Assembly: GCA_017935065.1 (NCBI GenBank)
Contig: JAGBIF010000010.1
Coordinates: forward strand, 8,082-72,081
From: Clostridia bacterium
Lineage (GTDB): Bacteria; Bacillota; Clostridia; Oscillospirales; CAG-272
Direction: 5' to 3'
Length of the DNA: 64,000 bases
In this document: positions 1-8,976 of the stretch, one piece after another
How positions within the stretch are numbered: the stretch's first letter is position 1
Layout of the letters: every line of letters starts with the position of its first letter
Notes under the pieces: generated by a model
What the model saw: only the letters and a program-made list of their open reading frames with translations
What the model was told of the DNA's origin: nothing
The model's database searches: none
Program-made: the position numbers and the translations under genes

Positions 1-539
1 GGAAGGGCGGGACCGAATGGGTGGCTGTGCGCAACAGCTACCGCCGCGGCACCCCGTTCAACGGCGCGGCTGACGAATGCAGAGGCCTTAATTCCGCCCG
101 AGGAAAAATCAAGATTGAAAAGCGTGTCGGTCGCAATAGGACTGCCCGCGTTATCGAGTGATATCATTACCGTCCTTGCGCATTCGTCACGGCATAGCTC
201 GCTTACGGCGTAGGAGGACAGCGGAGCACCTCGGGAAATTTTCGTCTCGGTGACCGCCTTCAGCGCGTCGCACACGGCGGCGGTCTGTCTGATAAATCTT
301 GCGGTGGCGACACCGATGCCCTCGGTGCGTAAAAGCTCCTCCTCGGTGGCGTTTAGCACCCCGTCGAGGGAGCCGAAGCTACGGAGCAGTGCCTTTGACG
401 GGGGATTTGTGTCCCGTCTTGCGTTGGTATAGTAAAGGAGCATCTCAACAAGCTCGTAGGTGTCAAATACACGGTGCGAGAACTCTAGAAGCTTTCGCCT
501 CATTCTTTGCCTATGGCCCGAATGCACATTGTCCTGCAT
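1..539 (-). CDS. radC: RadC-like JAB/MPN-domain protein (UPF0758 family); C-terminus cut by the left window edge
   Basis: Absent from the ORF track because it runs off the edge. My minus-strand translation from the ATG (rc of cat 537-539) reads MQDNVHSGHRQRMRRKLLEFSHRVFDTYELVEMLLYY...EEELLRTEGIGVATARFI...AVAVAHSHPFG. This shows the GHRxRxR N-terminus, a helix-hairpin-helix GIG and an HxHP JAB-type motif. AGGAG lies about 7 nt upstream. Confidence 0.75.
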   Translation of the reverse strand, partial: MQDNVHSGHRQRMRRKLLEFSHRVFDTYELVEMLLYYTNARRDTNPPSKALLRSFGSLDGVLNATEEELLRTEGIGVATARFIRQTAAVCDALKAVTETKISRGAPLSSYAVSELCRDECARTVMISLDNAGSPIATDTLFNLDFSSGGIKASAFVSRAVERGAAAVAVAHSHPFGPAL

Positions 540-577
540 TTCTGCTCCTTTCTGAATATAAGTAAATAATTGTTTAC

Positions 578-1288
578 TTATTCCTCGTATTTTTTGTACT
601 TTCTTAAATTTTCAAGGCGACCTTCTTCGGTAAGGTCATGCGGTACAGGTATAGCAAATCCCTCGGGCTTCTTTACCTCTACCATATTGATAGGAAAGCC
701 CTTTTCGGAAAAGCTTATTTCGTACTCGGTCCTCACGTTTTCACCGTTCCACTCGCTCCTGTGAAGGTCGCGGGTGAGCTTCACGGGGGTGAGGCCAAGC
801 TCGTCCAGCTGTGTCAGCGTGAAATCGAAAAGCTCTACATTGTCGGTCTTGAAACGAAGTCTGCCGCCGTCCTTAAGCAGGCTCATATAAAGACTGAGAT
901 ATCTTGCGTGGGTGAGCCTTCTCTTTGCGTAGCCCTTCTTCGTCCAGGGGTCGGAAAAATTGAGGAAGATAGCATCTACCGTGCCATCAGCGACAAGCAA
1001 CGAAAGGTTGTCCGCGGTGTTTACTATAAAGTGAAGATTTTTTGGCGCCCCGCACTCGTCTATGCTTCTTTTAAGAGCTTCAACCGCGAGGGTGACGCAG
1101 TCGCTGACCTTTTCCATAGCATAGTAATCCACCTCGGGATTTCTCTTTGCCATCTCGATAGCGAAGCCGCCCTTGCCCGCACCTATTTCAAGCCATAGCG
1201 GACGGTCGGTCGGCGCGGGGGCCTTTGCAAGCAGCTCGGCGCAGGCGAGAAGCCTTGCCTCGCCGTTTTTCTTTTTTCTCATTCTCAT
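578..1288 (-). CDS. trmB: tRNA (guanine46-N7)-methyltransferase
   Basis: 236 aa. SAM-binding EIGAGKGGF and FSDPWTKKGYAKRR motifs are typical of TrmB. The start overlaps the prfC stop (TAATG, 1286-1290). Confidence 0.85.
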   Translation of the reverse strand: MRMRKKKNGEARLLACAELLAKAPAPTDRPLWLEIGAGKGGFAIEMAKRNPEVDYYAMEKVSDCVTLAVEALKRSIDECGAPKNLHFIVNTADNLSLLVADGTVDAIFLNFSDPWTKKGYAKRRLTHARYLSLYMSLLKDGGRLRFKTDNVELFDFTLTQLDELGLTPVKLTRDLHRSEWNGENVRTEYEISFSEKGFPINMVEVKKPEGFAIPVPHDLTEEGRLENLRKYKKYEE

Positions 1289-2901
1289 TATTCTTCACCG
1301 CCTCCCGCGTTTCCTCGGCTGAACTCCGCAAGCGTGAGCCCAGGGTTATCCTCAAGCACCCAGCGGATCGCCCACTCGCTCGTGAATATAAGCAGATTAT
1401 TGCCTCTGAAGTCCTGCACCCACTTGGTTCCGTGGGAAAGCTTTAGTGTTTTGGGATCAAGCCCCTCGTTGGTTATCCATCTTATCTGCTCAAAGGCAAG
1501 ATTGTTCCGTCTTAAGTCACAGCCGTATTCGTTCTTAAGTCGGTACTCGAGCACCTCGAACTGAAGCACGCCGACAACGCCGACGATAACTCGCTCAAGA
1601 CCCGCACCTGGCTCAAAGAATATCTGAATAGCACCCTCCTGGGCTATCTGATTCATACCCTTCGCAAACTGCTTGCGCTTCATAGAGTCAACCTGTTCAA
1701 CCATGGCAAAATGCTCGGGCGCAAAGGTAGGTATTCCCTCGAAGGTGATTTTTGAGCCTCGCTCACACACCGTATCACCGATTGAGAAAATTCCTGGGTC
1801 AAATACACCGATAATATCGCCCGCGTACGCCTCGTTGATCACCTCGCGCTCGGACGCCATCATCTGCTGTGGCTGTGAGAGCCTGAAGCTCTTCTGTCCC
1901 TGTACGTGGTAATACTCGCGATCACGCTGGAACCTGCCCGAGCATATACGCATAAAGGCAATTCTGTCGCGGTGCGCCTTGTTCATATTCGCCTGTATCT
2001 TAAAGACGAATGCCGAGAATTTCTCATCAAAGGGATCTATGCTTACATCTCCCGCTACACGGGGAAGCGGTGAGGTCGTCATCCTCAGGAAATGCTTAAG
2101 GAACGGCTCGATGCCGAAGTTGTTAAGCGCCGAGCCAAAGAACACGGGCGAGAGCTTTCCGTGCCTTACCGCGTCGAGATCGAAGTCAAAGCAGGCGCCG
2201 TCAAGAAGCTCTACCTGCTCGCAAAGCTCCTCTCGCATAGCCTCGCCGATAAGCGAGTCAAGCCTCTCGGTGTCGGCAATGTCGCAGTCAATGCCCGAAA
2301 TGCGCTCACGGCCTCTGTGCGAATCGTCAAAGGAGAGTATCTGTCTTGCCTCTCTGTCATATACACCGCGGAACTTCTGTCCGCATCCGATAGGCCAGTT
2401 CATAGGATAGGTGCCAATGCCGAATTCCTTTTCAAGCTCGTCAAGAAGATCGAAGGGGTCTCTCGCCTCTCGGTCCATCTTGTTGATAAAGGTGAAGATG
2501 GGAATATCACGCATAGCGCAGACCTTGAAGAGCTTTCTCGTCTGAGGCTCAATACCCTTTGCCGCGTCAATAACCATAACCGCGCTGTCCGCCGCCATAA
2601 GTGTACGGTAGGTATCCTCGGAGAAGTCCTGGTGTCCAGGGGTATCAAGAATATTTATGCAATACCCATCGTATTCAAACTGAAGCACCGATGAGGTTAT
2701 GGAAATACCTCTTTGCTTCTCAAGGTCCATCCAGTCGGATACCGCGTGCTTGTCGCTCTGCTTGCCCTTGACAGAGCCTGCCGAGGCAATAGCGCCTCCG
2801 TAGAGAAGAAACTTCTCGGTAAGCGTGGTCTTACCCGCGTCGGGGTGGGATATAATAGCGAATGTGCGCCGTCTTTCTATTTCACTTTTAAAATTCTGCA
2901 T
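1288..2901 (-). CDS. prfC: peptide chain release factor 3 (translational GTPase)
   Basis: 537 aa. GTPase motifs AIISHPDAGKTT, DTPGHQDF and NKMD are present, and the full-length architecture fits RF3. Confidence 0.95.
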   Translation of the reverse strand: MQNFKSEIERRRTFAIISHPDAGKTTLTEKFLLYGGAIASAGSVKGKQSDKHAVSDWMDLEKQRGISITSSVLQFEYDGYCINILDTPGHQDFSEDTYRTLMAADSAVMVIDAAKGIEPQTRKLFKVCAMRDIPIFTFINKMDREARDPFDLLDELEKEFGIGTYPMNWPIGCGQKFRGVYDREARQILSFDDSHRGRERISGIDCDIADTERLDSLIGEAMREELCEQVELLDGACFDFDLDAVRHGKLSPVFFGSALNNFGIEPFLKHFLRMTTSPLPRVAGDVSIDPFDEKFSAFVFKIQANMNKAHRDRIAFMRICSGRFQRDREYYHVQGQKSFRLSQPQQMMASEREVINEAYAGDIIGVFDPGIFSIGDTVCERGSKITFEGIPTFAPEHFAMVEQVDSMKRKQFAKGMNQIAQEGAIQIFFEPGAGLERVIVGVVGVLQFEVLEYRLKNEYGCDLRRNNLAFEQIRWITNEGLDPKTLKLSHGTKWVQDFRGNNLLIFTSEWAIRWVLEDNPGLTLAEFSRGNAGGGEE

Positions 2902-2956
2902 ACTCTATTCCTTGTGTTGTTTTTTCTTATTTTTGTCAGTAGGTAAACAAAAGATG

Positions 2957-3718
2957 TCAAAGAAGCTCCATTTTGCTTCTTATTGCCGCATCCATATCGC
3001 TCTTATCTTCAAAAGTTCTTCTCTTGTCCTCGACTGTCTCAAACGCCCTGTAATAGCGCCCTCCAAGCTCAAGAAGCGCCGAGGCGCTGAAATGAAGATT
3101 GTCGGGATTTGAGGGAAGCCCCTCGGCACTTGCGTATGCGGCACGGGGCGCCCTTCCCGCAAAGCTCTTAAGCTGTGCGTTCAGAAGCGGATAGCCCTTA
3201 AGCGAGGGACATTCCTTGAGATTCTTGAGAAAGTCACCGAGACCGCCGACGATAATCGGTACATCGGGCGCGCCGATTTCCTCGCGAAGCGCGCTCATCA
3301 TAGAAAGAAGCCTCTCGCAGTAATCGTGATGTCTGCCCTCGCTCAAGTCCGCCTCACCCTGATGCCAGAGTATAGCAACAAGATTTGAGGTGCGGAGCGC
3401 AAGCTTCGTCATATTTACCGCGTTGTCAAAGAGAAGTCCGCCTCTTTGCCACTGTGCAAGAGAGGTGCCGCCGTCGGCGCAGGGAATAAGGCCGATATCA
3501 ACATTCCCGTGCGCGCTTGCGTATTCGGTGGCAAAGCTCTCCGCAAGGCAAACGCCCGCCATCTCTCGGTCGGGATTTATCGGTCGGTAGGCGTTAAGCC
3601 AACGCCCGTTTCTCAAGACCTTTATTCTGCCGTCCATATTGTTTATCGGGGCGACCTCATCGCACCTTCCGCGCCCCGCCATATTCGATTGTCCTATAAG
3701 AAGAATGGAGTGTATCAT
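2957..3718 (-). CDS. SASA/DUF303-type sialate O-acetylesterase-like carbohydrate esterase
   Basis: GQSNMAGRG near the N-terminus and WHQGEAD are hallmarks of the family. I moved the start to ATG 3718 (MIHSILLIGQSNM, GAGG RBS), because the promoter at 3757-3786 lies inside the longer GTG-initiated ORF 2957..3766. Confidence 0.7.
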   Translation of the reverse strand: MIHSILLIGQSNMAGRGRCDEVAPINNMDGRIKVLRNGRWLNAYRPINPDREMAGVCLAESFATEYASAHGNVDIGLIPCADGGTSLAQWQRGGLLFDNAVNMTKLALRTSNLVAILWHQGEADLSEGRHHDYCERLLSMMSALREEIGAPDVPIIVGGLGDFLKNLKECPSLKGYPLLNAQLKSFAGRAPRAAYASAEGLPSNPDNLHFSASALLELGGRYYRAFETVEDKRRTFEDKSDMDAAIRSKMELL

Positions 3719-3756
3719 AGCCCGAACCTCGTTTAGCCCATAATTCAACATTCTAT

Positions 3757-3786
3757 ATTCTACCACAAAAGCCCAGCATATGTCAA
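3757..3786 (-). promoter_or_regulatory. sigma-70-type promoter TTGACA-18-TAGAAT for the esterase gene
   Basis: The minus strand reads ttgacatatgctgggcttttgtggtagaat. A second TAGAAT follows in tandem at 3750-3755. Confidence 0.55.
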
Positions 3787-3805
3787 GCGCGCGTGTAATA
3801 TTTTA

Positions 3806-3834
3806 TTGACAAGTGACGGGAGGTGGGGTATAAT
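3806..3834 (+). promoter_or_regulatory. sigma-70-type promoter TTGACA-17-TATAAT for the membrane-protein gene
   Basis: ttgacaagtgacgggaggtggggtataat lies 30 nt upstream of ATG 3864. Confidence 0.65.
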
Positions 3835-3863
3835 AAAACAAAGAGCGAACGGAGGTGGGGATT

Positions 3864-5072
3864 ATGAGCGGTGCACGCAAACTTTTATACATAATGCGAG
3901 GCTTTCTTTGCGTAATTATTGCCCTTGGCATATCAAAGCTTGCCTATCTTAATCTTATCTGGATTTCAACACCGTTTGATTCTGTGTTCAGACAGCTTCC
4001 CGAGTGGGCGATGAAGCTCGTCTGTGCCTTGGCGTTTCTTTTGGTCTATAACTCTCTGGTTCATTTTTTAACTCTTTACGACAGAGAAGGGAGAGATAAC
4101 TTTCTCTCCCAAAAAAGAGAAATCGAATTTCCGCGTGAGCTTCTTCACATCATTAAATCTCCCGTCTTTATTCTTGAGACTGTAAGCGCGCTTTTTACGG
4201 TAACCGTCCTCTCGCCTCTTGGCGCGATATCCGAAATCGTCGGTGTGTTTTATATTGACACAGAGCCCTCGCGCTTGGTTGAAATTATTCTTCCTCTTGC
4301 GATTTTCCTGCCTCTGTTCTTTCTTTTCGGTCTGTTTACAAGATACGACCTCAGAAGGTATTTTATAAGACTTGCGATAACCGACAGCCTCTCGGTGCTT
4401 GAGAGCAAATTCAAAATGGCGCTTCGCATCTTCGCGATATTCCTGCTTTACCCGACCGTTTTCCCCTACGCACCCCTGCTCGTCTATGTTGCCCTCACCT
4501 TTGTGAATATCTTTGTTTCACTCTCGGCGCTTCTCACCGCACTGGGGCTTATACTTGCAATAGTATTTTTAATTGCGCTTACCGTTTTTATTGCCTACCT
4601 CAGGGCAATAAGAGCAAGGCTACGCTTCGTCAAGGGGCTTGCCCATATTGCAAGCGAGCGCGGTTTTGAGTTAAGTGAGGTAAGGCACCCTGTAAGCTCC
4701 TTCTTCAGACCGCACGAGGGGGTGAGCTTCACTCTCACAAGAGGCAAGGAGAGATTTGACTGTCGCTTTTTATCCTGTGTATGGCGGGGCGCGCCGCTAT
4801 ACTTCACAAGCGACCGCCACGCATATATTCTTCACAGGCTCGGCACGAAAAATCACCATATCTCGCTAAACCACAATCTTAATTGGCACTTTACCTCCGA
4901 GGGGGTGAAAATAGTGCTTGTCAGCACCCTTCCGAAAAGGACCCTCGCCATAGCGCAAAACGGCTCGACAAGACCTCTTGACCCAGGGGATAAAATATGG
5001 GATGCCGTGCTTTACGATCCCGACACAATGCTTGCGGCAATCGACAGAGACTGCCTCGGCAGAACGAATTGA
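3864..5072 (+). CDS. polytopic membrane protein, function unknown
   Basis: ORF track 3855..5072. ATG 3864 follows GGAGGTGGGG. Several long hydrophobic segments are present (e.g. IFAIFLLYPTVFPYAPLLVYVALTFVNIFVSLSALLTALGLILAIVFLIALTVFIAYL). I recognise no catalytic motif. Confidence 0.6.
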   Translation: MSGARKLLYIMRGFLCVIIALGISKLAYLNLIWISTPFDSVFRQLPEWAMKLVCALAFLLVYNSLVHFLTLYDREGRDNFLSQKREIEFPRELLHIIKSPVFILETVSALFTVTVLSPLGAISEIVGVFYIDTEPSRLVEIILPLAIFLPLFFLFGLFTRYDLRRYFIRLAITDSLSVLESKFKMALRIFAIFLLYPTVFPYAPLLVYVALTFVNIFVSLSALLTALGLILAIVFLIALTVFIAYLRAIRARLRFVKGLAHIASERGFELSEVRHPVSSFFRPHEGVSFTLTRGKERFDCRFLSCVWRGAPLYFTSDRHAYILHRLGTKNHHISLNHNLNWHFTSEGVKIVLVSTLPKRTLAIAQNGSTRPLDPGDKIWDAVLYDPDTMLAAIDRDCLGRTN

Positions 5073-5095
5073 TTTAGTAAATAAGAAAAAGCAAA

Positions 5096-5137
5096 AGCAA
5101 CACGTGGGCCATTTCGGCCTTCGTGTTGCTTTTTTTG
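5096..5137. terminator. bidirectional Rho-independent terminator between the membrane-protein gene and thrS
   Basis: agcaacacg-tgggccatttcggcct-tcgtgttgct forms the stem, with an inner GGCC/GGCC pairing. It is flanked by an A-run and by T7 (5131-5137). Confidence 0.7.
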
Positions 5138-5252
5138 AAAATATCCTATAAATGCAAATTATAATTTACATCTGTCCCTCTTTAAGGATAAAGTTTTGCG
5201 TTTTTCGTGTCGCGGTATTTGAAAGGATTAGATGCCTGAGATAAGCAAAGGC

Positions 5253-7016
5253 TTATACTCTGTCTCTGTTTTCTCTCGTAATCTTTTCAATAAACTCGTC
5301 AAGCGTCATTGTGGTTGTCTCGGCGGTATCACGGTTACGTATAGAGACCGTACCGTTTTCTGCCTCCTGCTGACCGATGATGACCATATAGGGCACGCGG
5401 CCTACGACCTGAGCCTCTCTTATCATATAGCCGATCTTCTCGTTTCTGTCATCAAGCTCGGCGCGAATTTTCGCAGCTCTCAGCGCCTCGTAAACGCTCT
5501 TGCCGTACTCGGCGCACTTCTCGGAAACGAGAAGAACCTTTGCCTGTGTGGGCGCAAGCCAAAGCGGGAACTTACCCGCATAATGCTCGGTAAGAATACC
5601 GATGAAGCGCTCGATAGAGCCGTAGCATACGCGGTGTATCATAATCGGACGCTGCTTCTCGTTGTTCTCGTCGGTGTACTCAAGCTCAAAGTTAAGAGGC
5701 ATCTGGAAGTCAAGCTGTATCGTACCGCACTGCCAGGTTCTTCCGAGAGTATCCTCAAGGTGGAAGTCTATCTTCGGGCCGTAGAATGCGCCGTCACCCT
5801 CGTTGATAACGTAGGGAAGTCCAAGTCTGTCAAGAGCGTTCTTAAGTCCGTTGGTTGCCGCCTCCCAGTCCTCGTCACTACCCATGCTGTTCTCGGGACG
5901 GGTAGAAAGCTCTACCGAGTACTTGAAGCCGAACTTGGAATAAACCTCGTTTATAAGATTTACAACGCCTACTATCTCGTCGGATATCTGCTCGCGTCTC
6001 ATAAAGATGTGCGCATCGTCCTGATTGAAGCAACGCACTCTGAAAAGACCGTGAAGCGCGCCCTTAAGCTCGTGACGGTGAACGAGGCCTATCTCAGCTA
6101 CTCTCATAGGAAGCTCGCGGTAGGAGTGAGGCTGGCTTCTGTAAACCATAACGCCGCCAGGGCAGTTCATCGGCTTGATGCAGTAGGTCTCATCGTCGAT
6201 GAGCGTCGAGTACATATTGTCCTTGTAGTGATCCCAGTGGCCGCTCGTCTCCCAGAGCTTGCGGTTCATAATAAGAGGGGTGCTTATCTCAACGTAGTTC
6301 TCACGGGTGTGAAGCTCGCGCCAATAGTCGATAAGCGCGTTCTTAAGAAGCATACCCTTGGGAAGGAAGAAGGGGAAGCCGGGAGCCTCGTCCTGAAGCA
6401 TAAAGAGACCCATTTCCTTACCTATTCTTCTGTGGTCGCGCTTTTCAGCCTCCTCAAGAAGCTTTAAGTAATCGTCAAGCTCCTGCTGTGTCTTGAAGGC
6501 GGTGCCCTTTATTCTCGTGAGCATCTTGTTGTTCTTGTCATTCTTCCAGTACGCGCCTGACTGTCCCATGATCTTGAACGCCTTAAGCGCCTTGGTATAG
6601 GTGATGTGAGGACCCGTACACATATCTACATAGTCGCCCTGCTTGAAGAAGCTTATCTCGGCATCCTCGTCAAGGTCGCCTATATGCTCAACCTTGTACT
6701 TTTCGCCAAGCTCCTGCATATACGCAATAGCCTCCGCGCGGGGAAGAATAGAGGGACGAATGGGAAGATTTTCCTTGGTGATCTTCTTCATCTCGCTCTC
6801 GATTTTCGCAAGATCCTCGTCGGTAAGCTTGGTATCGCCGAGGTCTACATCGTAGTAAAAGCCCTTCTCGTTCGCAGGTCCGTACGCGAAGTCCGCGTGA
6901 GGCCAGAGCCTCTTGATTGCCTGCGCCATAATGTGCGCGGCAGAGTGGCGGAGTATATGAAGCTCCTCCTCGGGAGCGCACTCGCCGACAGTACCGTCCT
7001 TGTAAATAACCTTCAT
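5253..7016 (-). CDS. thrS: threonine--tRNA ligase
   Basis: 587 aa. It shows the editing-domain HILRHSAAHIMAQA, the class II core (FRVRCFNQDDAHIF, GAFYGPKID) and an anticodon-binding C-terminus. A Thr-specific T-box lies upstream. Confidence 0.95.
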   Translation of the reverse strand: MKVIYKDGTVGECAPEEELHILRHSAAHIMAQAIKRLWPHADFAYGPANEKGFYYDVDLGDTKLTDEDLAKIESEMKKITKENLPIRPSILPRAEAIAYMQELGEKYKVEHIGDLDEDAEISFFKQGDYVDMCTGPHITYTKALKAFKIMGQSGAYWKNDKNNKMLTRIKGTAFKTQQELDDYLKLLEEAEKRDHRRIGKEMGLFMLQDEAPGFPFFLPKGMLLKNALIDYWRELHTRENYVEISTPLIMNRKLWETSGHWDHYKDNMYSTLIDDETYCIKPMNCPGGVMVYRSQPHSYRELPMRVAEIGLVHRHELKGALHGLFRVRCFNQDDAHIFMRREQISDEIVGVVNLINEVYSKFGFKYSVELSTRPENSMGSDEDWEAATNGLKNALDRLGLPYVINEGDGAFYGPKIDFHLEDTLGRTWQCGTIQLDFQMPLNFELEYTDENNEKQRPIMIHRVCYGSIERFIGILTEHYAGKFPLWLAPTQAKVLLVSEKCAEYGKSVYEALRAAKIRAELDDRNEKIGYMIREAQVVGRVPYMVIIGQQEAENGTVSIRNRDTAETTTMTLDEFIEKITRENRDRV

Positions 7017-7077
7017 TGTCGTATCTCCTTTTTCGCAAATAGTGCGTTAGTTTATTTTTGTATTGCAATTCCGTCCC

Positions 7078-7306
7078 GCAAAAGAAAAAGCCCCCTGCCG
7101 ACATCTTTGCCGCCAAGGGTGCGTATAGCACGGTTCCACCTTGATCTTTAACTCTTTTTTCATAACGCAGAAATATCGCGGCGCGCCTTGCTACCGGCGG
7201 CGGCTCGGGAGTGGTCTTCGGCTATGGCGCGGCATAGGGACTTCCACCGTGCGTCCCCCTCTCTGGTATGCGCAACCAAGGCTTACTCTTTCCGTCTTAG
7301 CCTTTA
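7078..7306 (-). promoter_or_regulatory. T-box riboswitch leader, Thr (ACC specifier) controlling thrS
   Basis: The minus-strand RNA contains ...CCAGAGAGGGGG...GCCGAAGACCACUCC... with the ACC codon as rc of ggt 7213-7215. The T-box core AAGGUGGAACCGUG is the rc of 7129-7142. A terminator follows (CCCUUGGCGGC-AAAGAU-GUCGGCAGGGG, then CUUUUUCUUUU; 7081-7119). Confidence 0.8.
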
Positions 7307-7313
7307 CAGATGC

Positions 7314-7342
7314 ATTTTAGCACAAAAAAATACCGTTGTCAA
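7314..7342 (-). promoter_or_regulatory. sigma-70-type promoter TTGACA-17-TAAAAT for the thrS leader
   Basis: The minus strand reads ttgacaacggtatttttttgtgctaaaat. Confidence 0.7.
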
Positions 7343-7390
7343 TAGCAATAAAATATTTTGCCCTGCAAGGTGCTAGAAAATATGCTATAT

Positions 7391-7428
7391 AGTAAAAGCT
7401 CACCGCAAGCACAGGGTCTTGCGGTGAG
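7391..7428 (-). terminator. Rho-independent terminator of the small lipoprotein gene
   Basis: An 11-bp stem pairs ctcaccgcaag (7399-7409) with cttgcggtgag (7418-7428). On the minus strand it is followed by CTTTTACT. Confidence 0.6.
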
Positions 7429-7483
7429 TGAAGCAATTCAGCCCAAAAAGCTCGGCGCGGGCATTCAAAAATTACCGAACAAG

Positions 7484-7903
7484 CTACTCAAAGTATTTTA
7501 AAAAGTCCTCGGGACGGTATAGCTCGGTTACGTAATCACAGCCACCGAGATGTATCTGAGGCTCAATAAGCGAAATGGATATATAGCTGTCATCGTCATA
7601 AAAAACGGTGAAGCCAAAATCATATCCAAACTCATAATTATTTTCGACGGGCATTAAGCACAGAGCGTCTATCTGATCGAGAAATTCCTCTTTCCGAGCG
7701 CCGTTTAATTCGATCACGTGCAGGCCGTCCTCTAAAATGGTGCGACCTGTGATCTTTATTATTCCGTCTCGCCTTATTTTGTAAGGCCCCGTAATTGACT
7801 GCTCGGGTTCCTCGGTTTGCTCGGGTTCCTCGGTCTTCGCACATGAGCAAAGCAAGCTTAAGGTAAGAATTAAGGTCAAGAATAAGCACAGAAGCTTTTT
7901 CAT
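7484..7903 (-). CDS. small secreted lipoprotein, function unknown
   Basis: Signal peptide with lipobox MKKLLCLFLTLILTLSLLCSC, followed by a duplicated EEPEQ(T/S) acidic linker. Confidence 0.7.
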   Translation of the reverse strand: MKKLLCLFLTLILTLSLLCSCAKTEEPEQTEEPEQSITGPYKIRRDGIIKITGRTILEDGLHVIELNGARKEEFLDQIDALCLMPVENNYEFGYDFGFTVFYDDDSYISISLIEPQIHLGGCDYVTELYRPEDFLKYFE

Positions 7904-8118
7904 TGCAATACCTCCTTTCGGCTAATTATATTATATCATTTTTGTATGCCCTTGTCAATATCGCCTGTTTCAAAGACTGTGGCACAGGCTAAAGCACAGA
8001 CATAACATATCGGCTCTGTGCGGATGGCTTTTTCTGCAAAATACGACTTATATCTATTTGCGAAGTAAAGGATAAAGTAAAAATCTCGTAAATTCTTGCG
8101 TCAGTAGTAATATCAATC

Positions 8119-8147
8119 TTGACAACTTCGCGCGTATGTGCTAAAAT
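8119..8147 (+). promoter_or_regulatory. sigma-70-type promoter TTGACA-17-TAAAAT for the ThyX-like gene
   Basis: ttgacaacttcgcgcgtatgtgctaaaat. Confidence 0.65.
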
Positions 8148-8181
8148 GTTTGTAATATAAATCTTTTTGCGAGGTAAACAA

Positions 8182-8820
8182 ATGCTTAAGGTTGAAAGAA
8201 TAAGCGTATGCAATATGGAAAACGCCATAAGAGGCGCGAGAAACCCGATGAACAGCTGGGCGAGAATGGACAGCTGTTACGACGATAAGGGAAATTTCGT
8301 GCTTGGGGCAAACGATCTTGCGCTCGCGTCCCGTCTCGCAATGGCAGGAAGCGACCACAGAAAATTCCTCCGTCAGGTGTTCGTGTCAATGGACATAACC
8401 GCGCCGCTTTATTGGTGGAAGGAGTTTGATACCTACAAAGTAGGTACGGTTGCAAATTCAACCTCTACTATGCATAAGGTCCACACCAAGGAATTTTCCC
8501 GCGAGGACTTTTCCTGTGACAGACTTACCCCCGAGGGACTGCGCGTGCTTGATAAGCTCATTGCCTTCCTCGAGGACGAGAGGGTGAAGTTCAACGATAC
8601 GCAGGACAGGGGCCATTGGCATAACATAATCCAGCTTCTTCCCTCGTCCTTCAACCAGATGCGTACCGTCAGCCTCAACTACGAGGTGCTTATAAACATA
8701 TACTACGCAAGGCGCCATCACAAGCTTGCCGAGTGGCATACGCTTTGCGATGCTATCGAGGGGCTTCCTTACGCAAACGAGCTTATACTCGTCAAGAATA
8801 AGGATGATGTTGCAAACTGA
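8182..8820 (+). CDS. ThyX-fold (flavin-dependent thymidylate synthase-like) protein lacking the RHRxxS ThyX motif
   Basis: ATG 8182 follows a GAGGT RBS. By-eye alignment to ThyX matches DITAPLYWWKEFDTYKVGTVANSTSTMH against [27 protein letters not shown], and RRHHKLAEWHTLCDAI against RADSHAQWEIQQYALAI. The catalytic arginines are replaced. Confidence 0.55.
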   Translation: MLKVERISVCNMENAIRGARNPMNSWARMDSCYDDKGNFVLGANDLALASRLAMAGSDHRKFLRQVFVSMDITAPLYWWKEFDTYKVGTVANSTSTMHKVHTKEFSREDFSCDRLTPEGLRVLDKLIAFLEDERVKFNDTQDRGHWHNIIQLLPSSFNQMRTVSLNYEVLINIYYARRHHKLAEWHTLCDAIEGLPYANELILVKNKDDVAN

Positions 8821-8842
8821 CATAAAGAAGTATTAAACTAAA

Positions 8843-8891
8843 GGGCTGTGGCACAATTTTTCTGCGACAGCCCCGCTTTCGCTTGATTTTT
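8843..8891 (+). terminator. possible terminator after the ThyX-like gene
   Basis: Hairpin gggctgtggca...tgcgacagccc (8843-8873). The T-run (8886-8891) lies 13 nt away, so the call is weak. Confidence 0.4.
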
Positions 8892-8976
8892 TAAGTAAGC
8901 GCGCCGATGTCGGGCACTTGATGAAGCGACAAGCGCCTATATAACCTACAAATTTTTTCACAAGGAAAGACAAAAA

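Noticed and set aside
250-565. Plus-strand ORFs 250..432 and 299..565
   Set aside because: They overlap the minus-strand radC-like gene that runs off the window edge. They have no motifs.
5232-6467. 411-aa plus-strand ORF
   Set aside because: It lies entirely antisense to thrS, whose product is unmistakable. The sequence is leucine/valine/arginine-rich shadow-frame text with no RBS or recognisable motif.
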